A program made the position numbers and the translations under genes. Positions 18,886 to 28,075 of a stretch of DNA of 53,857 bases are shown here, one piece after another. The notes under the pieces are model-generated. The model saw only the letters and a program-made list of their open reading frames with translations, ran no database searches and was not told the DNA's origin. The number at the start of each line of letters is the position of its first letter. The first letter of the stretch is position 1. The DNA comes from Firmicutes bacterium UBA3576. GTDB lineage: Bacteria; Bacillota; Sulfobacillia; UBA3569. Location of the stretch: the NCBI GenBank assembly GCA_002375895.1, contig DFND01000019.1, forward strand, positions 506 to 54,362. The letters run 5' to 3'.

Positions 18886-20571
18886 GTGGTGGAGAGACCC
18901 TGGCTTAAGCATTACGACCCGGGGGTGCCGGCGGACATCACGCACGAGCCCTTTCCCCTGTTCCAGATGCTAGAGGACGCCGCGGCCAAGCACCCGGATA
19001 GGGTCTGCACCGTGTTCTTCAACCGGGAGAGGACCTACCGCGAGATCAACGGCCTGGCCAATGAGTTCGCGGCCTTTCTGAAGGGCCTCGGTGTGGGCAA
19101 GGGGGACCGGGTGGCGCTCCTGCTGCCCAACGTGCCCCAGTTCATCTACGCCTATTACGGCGCCCTGAAGCTCGGGGCGATCGTGGTCCCCTGCAACCCG
19201 ATGTACGTGGAGAGGGAGCTGGCCTTCCAGCTCAAGGACTCCGGTGCGCGCACGATAGTGACCCTCGACATGTTCTACCCGACGGTGAGGGCCGTCCGGG
19301 AGGAGGCGGGGCTTGAGCATATCATCGTCACCACCGTCGCGGAGGAGCTCTCGGGGGTGCTCAAGCTGCTCTTCCCGCTCAGGATGCGGCTCCAGGGCAA
19401 CGCCGTGAAGGTGCCCCGTGAGGAGGGCGTCTACTTCACCTCGGAGGTGCTCAAGGGGATAGACCCCGGCCCGCCCGAGGTGGAAATCGACCCCCTCGAG
19501 GACCTGGCCCTCCTCCAGTACACGGGGGGCACCACGGGGACGCCCAAGGGGGCCATGCTGACCCACTGGAACCTGGCGGTGAACACCATCCAGTCGACCC
19601 TGTGGATGATCGCCGACCAGCCCGACGGCCACGAGCGGATGCTGGCCGTCCTGCCCTTCTTCCACGTCTACGGCATGACGGTGGTCCTGAACCTGGGCCT
19701 CTACGTCGCCGCGACCGTCATACTCCTGCCCAGGTTCGAGATCGAGCAGGTGATCGCCACCATCCAGCGGCACAAGCCCACCCTGTTCCCGGGCGCGCCG
19801 ACCATGTACGTGGGGATCATCAATCACCCCAAGGCGCGGAACTACGACCTCTCCTCTATCAAGGCCTGCATCAGCGGCTCCGCCCCGCTGCCCGTGGAGG
19901 TCCAGAGGAGGTTCGAGGAGCTCACCCGGGGTAAGCTGGTGGAGGGCTACGGCCTCACCGAGGCCTCGCCGGTCACCCACTGCAACCCCATCTACGGCAA
20001 GAGGGTGGAGGGGAGCATCGGCCTGGCCTTCCCCAGCACCTACGCCAAGATCGTGGACCTGGAGACGGGGGAGAAGGAACTGCCGCCCGGGGAGATCGGC
20101 GAGCTGGCCGTCAAGGGGCCGCAGGTCATGAAGGGCTACTGGAACCGCCCCGAGGAGACGGAGGCGGTCCTGAGGGGCGAGTGGCTGCTGACCGGAGACA
20201 TCGCCAAGATGGACGAGGAGGGCTGGGTGTACATCCTCGACCGGAAGAAGGACATGATCATCGCCGGCGGGTTCAACATCTACCCGCGGGAGGTGGAGGA
20301 GGTCCTCTACACCCATCCCAAGGTACAGGAGGCCGCCGTGGTGGGCGTGCCGGACGAGTACCGCGGCGAGACGGTTAAGGCGTACGTGGTCCTCAAGGAG
20401 GGCGAGACCGCCACGGCCGAGGAGATCATCTCCTACTGTCGCGAGCACCTGGCCCGCTACAAGGTGCCGCGGCTAGTGGAGTTCCGCGATGAGCTCCCCA
20501 AGACCTTCGTGGGGAAGGTGCTGCGCCGGGTGCTGGCCGAGGAGGAGAAGAGGGCCCAGAGGGAGGCCTGA
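18886..20571 (+). CDS. Long-chain fatty acid-CoA ligase
   Basis: LQYTGGTTGTPKG, EGYGLTE, TGDIA, DRKKDMII; GAGGAGG RBS. Confidence 0.95.
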   Translation: MVERPWLKHYDPGVPADITHEPFPLFQMLEDAAAKHPDRVCTVFFNRERTYREINGLANEFAAFLKGLGVGKGDRVALLLPNVPQFIYAYYGALKLGAIVVPCNPMYVERELAFQLKDSGARTIVTLDMFYPTVRAVREEAGLEHIIVTTVAEELSGVLKLLFPLRMRLQGNAVKVPREEGVYFTSEVLKGIDPGPPEVEIDPLEDLALLQYTGGTTGTPKGAMLTHWNLAVNTIQSTLWMIADQPDGHERMLAVLPFFHVYGMTVVLNLGLYVAATVILLPRFEIEQVIATIQRHKPTLFPGAPTMYVGIINHPKARNYDLSSIKACISGSAPLPVEVQRRFEELTRGKLVEGYGLTEASPVTHCNPIYGKRVEGSIGLAFPSTYAKIVDLETGEKELPPGEIGELAVKGPQVMKGYWNRPEETEAVLRGEWLLTGDIAKMDEEGWVYILDRKKDMIIAGGFNIYPREVEEVLYTHPKVQEAAVVGVPDEYRGETVKAYVVLKEGETATAEEIISYCREHLARYKVPRLVEFRDELPKTFVGKVLRRVLAEEEKRAQREA

Positions 20572-20581
20572 GGGCGGCCCC

Positions 20582-21067
20582 CTAACGGGCCTCTTCCTCC
20601 CTTAACCTCTGCCTCTCCTCCTCCAGCTCCCTGAAGGTCCTCAACACGGCCTCCAGGGAGCGGAGGAGGGAGGCCTGCTCCTCCTCGGTGAGCTTGCGGG
20701 CCAGGTTGCCGAACCTTCTATTCCTGCGCTCCAGCACCAGTTCCGCCAGCTGTCTCCCGTAAGAGGTGAGGGAGACGCGAACGACACGGCGGTCGTTCCG
20801 GTCGCCCCTTCGCCGCACCAGGTGGGCGTCGACCAGCCTGTCGACGAGCCTGGTGCATGCGCTCTCGGTGAGGTACATCTCCGAGCTGAGCTCTCCCATG
20901 CTCAGGTTGTCGGAGAAGTACAGGACCAAGATGACGTTCATCTGCGAGGGGGTCACCTGTAGCCCCGTCAGCTCGCGCGTCTCCTCCGCCTCGAGGTAAC
21001 GCATGACCCTGGGAAACAATCTCTGGATGGCCTGCACGAAATCGATATCACTGGTCAACGGTTCCAT
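20582..21067 (-). CDS. MarR family transcriptional regulator
   Basis: LSMGELS..TRLVDRLV..LVRR..DRRVVRVSLTSYG. Confidence 0.9.
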   Translation of the reverse strand: MEPLTSDIDFVQAIQRLFPRVMRYLEAEETRELTGLQVTPSQMNVILVLYFSDNLSMGELSSEMYLTESACTRLVDRLVDAHLVRRRGDRNDRRVVRVSLTSYGRQLAELVLERRNRRFGNLARKLTEEEQASLLRSLEAVLRTFRELEEERQRLREEEAR

Positions 21068-21205
21068 CCCCCTTGAGGGTAATTATAACACGAAGGGGGG
21101 ACGTCCACCCGCGCCCCGCAGAAAAGATCTCCCAAGAGCAGGAATTCTGTATTTTCAGAAGAATAAATCCTATGTTAATCACTTCTGCTAGGGGGGTTCT
21201 GGGGC

Positions 21206-22837
21206 ATGGGAACCGAGTGGCCGTGGTTCAAGCATTACCCGGAGGGGGTTCGGCGCAGCCTCGACTATCCTGATGTGACCATGAACTTTTACCTGGAGGA
21301 GTCGGCCAGGAAGTACCCCAGCAAGCCGGTGACCATCTTCTACGGTAGGGAGACCACCTACGCGGAGATGGCCCACTACGTCGACCGTCTGGCGGCGGCC
21401 CTGCGGCGGATGGGGGTCTCCAAGGGCGACAGGGTGGCGCTAATGCTGCCGAACTGCCCTCACTACGTGATCAGCTACTACGCCATCATCAAGCTGGGGG
21501 CCATCGTGGTCCAGGTAAACCCCATGTACACCACGAAGGAGCTCGACTACCTGCTGGCGGACTCCGGCGCGGAGACCATCATCCTGCTCGACGCCTTCTA
21601 CCCCCGGCTGGAGGCGGCTGAGCGGCGGGCCCAGATGCGGAACGTCATCGGGGTGATCTTGGGCCAGCCTCAGGCGGAGCTGGGCGAGGGCGTGCACGTG
21701 TTCGAGGAGGTCGTGAAGCTCAACAACCCCGATCCCGCGGTGGGGAAGGACGTCGGCCCCGACGACGTGGCCGTCCTCCAGTACACCGGGGGCACCACCG
21801 GGGTGGCCAAGGGGGCCATGCTCACCCACCGGAACCTGGTGGCCAACGCCCTGCAGATCACCGAGTGGTCGCGGCCCATGTTGGAGGTGGGCGAGGAGCG
21901 GATCCTGACGGTGCTCCCCCTGTTCCACTCCTACGGCATGACCTGCTGCATGAACGTCGGGATGGTGGTCGGCGCTACCCTGATCCTCCTGCCCAAGTTC
22001 GAGCCGGAGGAGGTCGTGAACACCATAAAGCAGTACAAGCCGACCCTGTTCCACGGCGTGCCTACCATGTACGTGGCGGTGAACTCCTTCCCCAACGTCA
22101 AGGATTACGGGATCTCCAGCATCAAGGGCTGCATGAGCGGGGCGGCGCCGCTGCCGGTGGAGGTACAGCGCGAGTTCGAGGCCATCACCGGCGGCACCCT
22201 GGTGGAGGGCTACGGCCTGTCCGAGGCCACGCCCGTCACCCACTGTAACCCCCTGGAGGGCACCAGGAAGGTCGGGAGCATCGGCGTGCCGATGCCCGAT
22301 ACCATCTGCAAGGTGATGGACGTGGAGACCGGCGAGCGGGAGATGCCCGTGGGCGAGATCGGCGAGCTGGTGATCAAGGGTCCCCAGGTCATGAAGGGCT
22401 ATTGGAACATGCCGGAGGAGACGGCCCGGGCGCTCAGGGACGGCTGGCTGTATACCGGCGACATAGTCAGGATGGACGAGGACGGGTTCTTCTACGTGGT
22501 GGACCGGAAGAAGGACATGATCATCGCCGGCGGCTTCAACATCTACCCCCGTGAGGTGGAGGAGGCCCTCTACGAGCACCCCAAGGTCCTGGAGGCCGCC
22601 GTGGTGGGCGTGCCCGACGAGTACCGGGGCGAGACCGTCAAGGCCTACGTCGTCCTCAAGGAGGGGGAGGAGGCCAGCGCGGAGGAGATAATCGAGCACT
22701 GCCGGCGTAACCTGGCCGCCTACAAGGTCCCGCGGCTGGTGGAGTTCCGCGATGAGCTCCCCAAGACCACCGTGGGCAAAATCCTCAGGCGCGTGCTGGC
22801 GGAGGAGGAGAAGGAGAAACTGGCTTCCAGGGGTTGA
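21206..22837 (+). CDS. Long-chain fatty acid-CoA ligase (second paralogue)
   Basis: LQYTGGTTGVAKG, EGYGLSE, TGDIV, DRKKDMII. Confidence 0.95.
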   Translation: MGTEWPWFKHYPEGVRRSLDYPDVTMNFYLEESARKYPSKPVTIFYGRETTYAEMAHYVDRLAAALRRMGVSKGDRVALMLPNCPHYVISYYAIIKLGAIVVQVNPMYTTKELDYLLADSGAETIILLDAFYPRLEAAERRAQMRNVIGVILGQPQAELGEGVHVFEEVVKLNNPDPAVGKDVGPDDVAVLQYTGGTTGVAKGAMLTHRNLVANALQITEWSRPMLEVGEERILTVLPLFHSYGMTCCMNVGMVVGATLILLPKFEPEEVVNTIKQYKPTLFHGVPTMYVAVNSFPNVKDYGISSIKGCMSGAAPLPVEVQREFEAITGGTLVEGYGLSEATPVTHCNPLEGTRKVGSIGVPMPDTICKVMDVETGEREMPVGEIGELVIKGPQVMKGYWNMPEETARALRDGWLYTGDIVRMDEDGFFYVVDRKKDMIIAGGFNIYPREVEEALYEHPKVLEAAVVGVPDEYRGETVKAYVVLKEGEEASAEEIIEHCRRNLAAYKVPRLVEFRDELPKTTVGKILRRVLAEEEKEKLASRG

Positions 22838-22849
22838 GGATGTCGCCAC

Positions 22850-22880
22850 GGGGCGCCCTTGGGGGCGCCCCTTATCTTTT
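22850..22880 (+). terminator. Rho-independent terminator, possibly bidirectional
   Basis: GGGGCGCCC-ttgg-GGGCGCCCC followed by TTATCTTTT. Confidence 0.75.
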
Positions 22881-23027
22881 ATGCAGGGTCTCCAGGCACC
22901 GCTGGTAACACTCCTGGCACAGCGGCAGGTCGAAGAAGTCCAAGCGCCGGACCTGGCGCCGGCTGACGGGCCTCGAACATATTTCACAATAGAGGAGGCT
23001 TAGCACCTTTCCCTTGTCCTGTCTCAA
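22872..23027 (-). CDS. Small CxxC-x19-CxxC zinc-finger protein (51 aa, below the ORF-track cutoff)
   Basis: MRQDKGKVLSLLYCEICSRPVSRRQVRRLDFFDLPLCQECYQRCLETLHKR*; GGAGGT 8 nt before TTG. Confidence 0.6.
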   Translation of the reverse strand: MRQDKGKVLSLLYCEICSRPVSRRQVRRLDFFDLPLCQECYQRCLETLHKR

Positions 23028-23096
23028 TTCCCACGACCTCCAAGGACAGCATGCCCATGGAGTCTATGCGGTATGTGAGAAAGGAGAGATGAGCGA

Positions 23097-24185
23097 GTGT
23101 CGAAGGTAATCATCAGGAGGGCCGACGAGGGCCTGCGGGAGATAATCTCGGACGTCTTTGACGCCTTCGGAGTAGAGCTTCAAGGCAAGAAGGTGCTGGT
23201 CAAGCCCAACATCGTGGCCGCCTTCCCCCCGGGTAGCGGGGTCTGCACCAGCCCGGAGGTGGTGGAGGCGGTGGTGAGCGAGGCCCTCGACCGCGGGGGT
23301 GACGTGGTGGTGGGGGACAACCCCGGCGGGGTCGACAGAAGCTCCTACGCCACCGCGGAGAGGGCGGGCATCGTGGCGGCCTCCCGCGGGCGCTTCAGGA
23401 ACATATCCGAGCAGGTGGTGAGGGTGCCGACCGACTCCCCCTACACGGATGAGTTCGTCATCTCCCGCGTGGTCCTCGAGGCCGACGTGGTCATAAACCT
23501 CCCCTGTTTCAAGACCCACGTGCTCACCACCATCACCGGGGCCATAAAGAACGTCTACGGCTACGTGGCCGGGACCAGCAAGGCCAGGCTGCACCTGCAG
23601 GCGCCCTCGAGGCGGAGGTTCTCGGAGATGCTGTGCGACCTGTACCGAGTCAGGGTGCCCGACCTGCACATCATGGACGGCCTGCTGGCTATGGAGGGGA
23701 ATGGGCCCACCCACGGCCGGGTCAGGGAGCTCGGCCTCATCCTGGCCTCGGACGACGGGTTGGCTCTGGACGCCACGATGGCGCGGATGATGGGGATCGA
23801 CCCCGCCTCGGTGAAGATGTTGGCCATCGCCCACGAGAGGGGTCTCGGCGAGCTGGAGGAAGATAAGATAGAGGTGGTGGGGGAGCCCCTCCGGCCCATA
23901 CCCGACTTCGCGCTTCCCACGTCCTTCTCCGCATCGCCCGCGGAGCAGGTGGTCATATTGGATAAGCTGGGCAAACTGGTGCCAGTGCTGAAGGAGGAGC
24001 GGTGTGTGGCCTGCGGGGACTGTGAGCTCAACTGCCCCGCCGGCGCCCTGACCCTCGACCCCCTGCCGGTCATAACCGCGGACAAATGCATTTCCTGCTT
24101 CTGCTGCGTGGAGCTGTGTCCCGAGGGAGCCATGGAGGTGCCGGAAGGGGTGGCCCCGGACCTCTTTGACAGGATGTTTCGCTGA
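23097..24185 (+). CDS. DUF362 protein with C-terminal 2x[4Fe-4S] domain
   Basis: VLVKPN, INLPCFKTH, TGAIKN, MEGNGP; CVACGDCELNCP, CISCFCCVELCP. Confidence 0.9.
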   Translation: MSKVIIRRADEGLREIISDVFDAFGVELQGKKVLVKPNIVAAFPPGSGVCTSPEVVEAVVSEALDRGGDVVVGDNPGGVDRSSYATAERAGIVAASRGRFRNISEQVVRVPTDSPYTDEFVISRVVLEADVVINLPCFKTHVLTTITGAIKNVYGYVAGTSKARLHLQAPSRRRFSEMLCDLYRVRVPDLHIMDGLLAMEGNGPTHGRVRELGLILASDDGLALDATMARMMGIDPASVKMLAIAHERGLGELEEDKIEVVGEPLRPIPDFALPTSFSASPAEQVVILDKLGKLVPVLKEERCVACGDCELNCPAGALTLDPLPVITADKCISCFCCVELCPEGAMEVPEGVAPDLFDRMFR

Positions 24186-24200
24186 GGAAGGAGGCTGAGC

Positions 24201-25193
24201 ATGCGACTTGGCAAGATCCACCGCATTGAGTTGCCCACGCCCTACCGGGTGGGGCCGGTTAACGTGTACCTCATCGACCGCAAGCCCCGTACGTTGATCG
24301 ACTGCGGGCCCAACACGCGCAGGGCCAGGGAGGCCCTGGACAGGGGCCTCCGGGAGCTGGGCTTCTCCTACCGGGACATCGAGAGGGTCGTGATCACCCA
24401 CGCCCACGCCGACCACTTCGGACAGGCGGCCCGAGTGCTCGAGGAATCAGGGGCCTCCCTGGTCCTTCACCCCCTGGAGTGGCCCAAGGTCCAGAGCAAC
24501 TACCGGTTCTTCGGGGAGAGGCTAGAGGTCTTCCGTCTCGCGGGAATGCCGAGGGGGCACATAGAGATGCTGTCCGCCGCGGACTCCATCGAGAGGCGAC
24601 ATATCCTGCCCCTGGACGAGGCCAGGCCGGTCTTCGCCTCCGACGGCGACGACCTCCCCTTCGCCGACGGGAACATGGTCCTCATGCACATGCCGGGGCA
24701 CTCGCCGGGGCACCTGTGTGTATACGACCCGGGGGAGAGGCTGTACTTCTCCGGCGACCACCTGCTACGTGACATCACCCCCAACCCCCTCATAGAGGCC
24801 AAGGAGGGCAGCGGGGAACACGAGCATACCCTGAAGCAGTACCTGGCCACCCTGGACCGGCTCTACGACCTGGATATCGACCTCGTCCTCCCGGCCCACG
24901 GCCCCCCCATAGAGGACCACCGGGTGGTCATCGACCTTGCCCGCGAGCATCACCGCCAACGGGCCATGCTCATCAGCCGCCTGCTGGACGGGCGGGAGAT
25001 GACGGTGTATGAGCTCGCCCGGGAGGTCTTCGAGGACCTGCATCCCACCAACCTGTTCCTGGCGGTGTCCGAGGTCCTGGCGCACCTAGACACCCTGTGC
25101 GACGAGGGGAGGGTGGAGGTCAGGGTGAAGGACGGCCGCTGGGCCTTCAAGGCCGTAGTAGATACTCCTGCGGGCCCGGACGGCCGGGGTTAA
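24201..25193 (+). CDS. MBL-fold metallo-hydrolase with wHTH-like C-terminus
   Basis: THAHADH, PGHSPGH, SGDHLL, LPAHG. Confidence 0.9.
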   Translation: MRLGKIHRIELPTPYRVGPVNVYLIDRKPRTLIDCGPNTRRAREALDRGLRELGFSYRDIERVVITHAHADHFGQAARVLEESGASLVLHPLEWPKVQSNYRFFGERLEVFRLAGMPRGHIEMLSAADSIERRHILPLDEARPVFASDGDDLPFADGNMVLMHMPGHSPGHLCVYDPGERLYFSGDHLLRDITPNPLIEAKEGSGEHEHTLKQYLATLDRLYDLDIDLVLPAHGPPIEDHRVVIDLAREHHRQRAMLISRLLDGREMTVYELAREVFEDLHPTNLFLAVSEVLAHLDTLCDEGRVEVRVKDGRWAFKAVVDTPAGPDGRG

Positions 25194-25279
25194 GGGCTCC
25201 GGACAGTGCCGGCCCTCCTCGGACGGCGGTTAATAAACTGCCGGCCGGAAGAGGAGAATATAACGAGGGGGGCCAGAGC

Positions 25280-26572
25280 ATGGCGGAGAAGTTCGACGGC
25301 ATTGTGGTCGGTGCGGGACCGGCGGGTATCGCCGCCGCCCTAAGGATGGCCGGGGCGGGGATGAAGGTCGCGGTCATCGAGCGGGGCGAGTACCCGGGGT
25401 CCAAGAACGTCATGGGCGGCATCCTCTACCGTCAGCCCACTGAGGAGCTGGTGCCGCGCTTCTACGAGGAGGCCCCCCTGGAGAGGCCCATCACCGAGAG
25501 CCGCCTGTGGCTCATGGGCGACGGCAACGTGGTGTCCATCGGCTGTAGGGCGGCCGCCTTCGCCGAGGAGCCCCACAACGCCTACTCCGTCCTGCGCGCC
25601 AAGTTCGACCAATGGTTCGCCTCCAAGGCCGTGGAGAAGGGCGCCTTGGTCCTATGCGAGACGGTGGTCCGGGACTGCCTCACCGAGGGCGACAGGGTGG
25701 TGGGCATCCGCACCGACCGGCCCCAGGGCGAGCTCCTGGCCGACGTGGTGGTCCTGGCCGACGGGGTGAACTCGCTCCTGGCCCGCGAGCTCGACATGCG
25801 GGAGGAGATACGGCCCGACAGGGTGGCCCAGGCCGTGAAGGAGGTCATCAGCCTGCCGCCGGGGAAGATAGAGGACCGGTTCAACATCGAGCGGGGAGAG
25901 GGGGTCTCCATCGAGGCCATCGGCGACGCCACGCGGGGCCTGGTGGGTACGGCCTGGATCTACACCAACAGGGACTCGATATCCATAGGGGTGGGCGGGC
26001 TGTTGGAGGGCGTGGGCCACCGCCGCCTGAGGCCCAACGACCTCATCGAGCACTTCAAAGGGTTGCCCCCGGTCCGGAGGCTCATCGAGGGCGGCAAGAC
26101 CGAGGAGTACCTGGCGCACCTCATCCCCGAGGGGGGTTACCGGAGCCTTCCCCGCCTGGTGGGAAAGGGGGTCATGGTGGTGGGAGATGCCGCCATGCTG
26201 GTCAACGGCCTCCACCGGGAGGGGTCCAACATGGCCATGATATCCGGGAAGTTCGCCGGCGAGGCCGCCGTGGAGGCCTGGAAGAGGGGGGACTTCTCCC
26301 GGCGGTCGCTGGAGGCCTACGTCGACAAGCTCAAGGACAGCTTCATCATCAAGGACCTGAAGAAATACTCCCGGGCCCTGCCCTTCTTCGAGAGGAACCC
26401 GCATTTCTTCCGCCTCTACCCGGGCCTCGTGGGCCGGGCCGTCGCCGAGTTCCTCACCGTCGACGGCGTCCCGAAGAGGGAGAAGCAGGCCCGCATCTTC
26501 GACATCCTCTACGAGAGGGGACGCTGGAACCTCTACCGCGACCTCTACAACGCTTGGAGGGTGCTGAGATGA
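25280..26572 (+). CDS. fixC: FixC-like ETF:quinone oxidoreductase flavoprotein
   Basis: VVGAGPAG, ERGEYPGSKNVMGG, ADGVNS, EYLAHLIPEGG, VGDAA, EGSNMA. Confidence 0.9.
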   Translation: MAEKFDGIVVGAGPAGIAAALRMAGAGMKVAVIERGEYPGSKNVMGGILYRQPTEELVPRFYEEAPLERPITESRLWLMGDGNVVSIGCRAAAFAEEPHNAYSVLRAKFDQWFASKAVEKGALVLCETVVRDCLTEGDRVVGIRTDRPQGELLADVVVLADGVNSLLARELDMREEIRPDRVAQAVKEVISLPPGKIEDRFNIERGEGVSIEAIGDATRGLVGTAWIYTNRDSISIGVGGLLEGVGHRRLRPNDLIEHFKGLPPVRRLIEGGKTEEYLAHLIPEGGYRSLPRLVGKGVMVVGDAAMLVNGLHREGSNMAMISGKFAGEAAVEAWKRGDFSRRSLEAYVDKLKDSFIIKDLKKYSRALPFFERNPHFFRLYPGLVGRAVAEFLTVDGVPKREKQARIFDILYERGRWNLYRDLYNAWRVLR

Positions 26573-26850
26573 GGCTCGAGGACAAGCTCTTCTTGAACCG
26601 GTACAGGGTGGACTCCGAGAGCCACCTGGCCATCAAGGACCCCGACACCTGTCGCGGGCGGTGCCCCGACCGGCCCTGTATCTACGTCTGTCCCGTGGGG
26701 GTGTACGAGTGGCTGGAGAAGGAGGGTAGGCTCGCGGTGGGCTATGAGGCCTGCGTGGAGTGCGGGGCCTGCCGGATCATCTGCCCCTTCGACAACATCG
26801 CCTGGCGCTACCCGCGGGGCGGGTACGGGGTGAGTTATAAATATGGTTAG
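26569..26850 (+). CDS. fixX: FixX-like ferredoxin
   Basis: MRLEDKLFLNRYRVD..CP..CVECGACRIICP..WRYPRGGYGVSYKYG; ATGA overlap with fixC. Confidence 0.9.
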   Translation: MRLEDKLFLNRYRVDSESHLAIKDPDTCRGRCPDRPCIYVCPVGVYEWLEKEGRLAVGYEACVECGACRIICPFDNIAWRYPRGGYGVSYKYG

Positions 26851-27896
26851 AGGCGCCCGCGCAGGGCCGCCAGGGCCAGCGCCGCCAGAAGGAGCAGCCC
26901 GGCGTAGCCCACCAGGGGGTAGAGGGTGCCCACGATGGTGGAGAAACCGACCGTGGCCGCCAGGCCCGCGGCTGCAGTGGTCCCCAGCGTTACCGCCTTG
27001 AACCACCGGTGTCCCTCGCCGACGGTGCGGCTCACGAAGCCGAAGAGGCTCCCCACGGCCGTGGTGTACACCTCGGCCAGGAGCACGGCGGTGTAGGCGA
27101 GGCCGATGAGGGGCGATAACCTGTCGGCCGCGAAGAGCATGGGCACCTCCGTCGCCGCCGCCTCCGGAACGTGGGCCAGGATGGTGAGGTTCACCGCCAG
27201 CGCGCTCAACCCCAGGCCCACGCCGCCGAGCAGCGCGCCCGGCAGGAGGGAGGGTCGTCGGGCTAACCTGGCTACCGGGGCCAGGACCGAGGTGGAGAGG
27301 ATGAGGTTGTAGGAGCCGTAGGTGACGCCGGAGAGGAACCAGTTGGGCACGGCCGCCTCCTGGGGCCGTGAGAAACTCAGGTCCACGGGGTGGCCCAGGA
27401 GGGTCCCGGCGCTCACCACCAACACGCCGCCGAGGAGCAGCGGCACCACGACGCTCACCGCCGTGATCACGCCGTGTATCCCGGCGAGGACCGTGAGGGC
27501 GGTCAGGATCCCCATGCCCAGGAGGCCGGCCTCCAGCGGGAGGCCGAACTCCTGGTTCAGGGTGGCCCCCGCCCCCGCCAGCATGGCCGCCAATCCCCCG
27601 AAGAGGAAAAAGGTTATGATCACATCGATGATCCGGCCGACCAAGGGCCCGGCCACGTGTAGGAGCACGGGCCCGTAGGACTGGGCCCGGAGGGTGTGGC
27701 CGGCCGCCAGCACCAGGTAACCGAAGAGGGCCAGGACGGCCGTGGCCACGGCCAGGGCCAGAAAGCCCAGCGGGCCCAGGAGGGCGAAGAACTGGAGGAC
27801 CTCCTGGCCCGAGGCGAACCCGGCCCCTATTACGGTGCCGATGTACACCGCGGCCAGCGTGGTGCTTGACGTCGGCCTGCGCCCCTTGGTGGCCAT
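26847..27896 (-). CDS. YkvI-like (GerAB/APC-related) membrane protein
   Basis: AAVYIGTVIGAGFASGQEVLQFF signature; about 10 TM helices. Confidence 0.85.
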   Translation of the reverse strand: MATKGRRPTSSTTLAAVYIGTVIGAGFASGQEVLQFFALLGPLGFLALAVATAVLALFGYLVLAAGHTLRAQSYGPVLLHVAGPLVGRIIDVIITFFLFGGLAAMLAGAGATLNQEFGLPLEAGLLGMGILTALTVLAGIHGVITAVSVVVPLLLGGVLVVSAGTLLGHPVDLSFSRPQEAAVPNWFLSGVTYGSYNLILSTSVLAPVARLARRPSLLPGALLGGVGLGLSALAVNLTILAHVPEAAATEVPMLFAADRLSPLIGLAYTAVLLAEVYTTAVGSLFGFVSRTVGEGHRWFKAVTLGTTAAAGLAATVGFSTIVGTLYPLVGYAGLLLLAALALAALRGRL

Positions 27897-28075
27897 CTTG
27901 TCTTTCCCCCCAACCAAGGAGAGATTATGCCGGGGAGGGGGCGGTGATGCGCCCCCGTGTCTCCCGCTCCTGATTAGGATTACCCCGGGCCCGCGGGCCT
28001 ATGCCTTGGGGCGGCTCTGATCGGGCATAAACAGGGCCCCGGACGATCTCGCCCGGGGCCCTCGCCTCCTGCGGT

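Noticed and set aside
22974-22987. CGAACATATTTCAC as an SOS box
   Set aside because: The right half-site mismatches and it lies inside the small zinc-finger ORF
25612-26568. N-terminal extension of the 412-aa ORF ending at 26850
   Set aside because: Alternate frame inside fixC; only the last 93 aa (FixX) are supported
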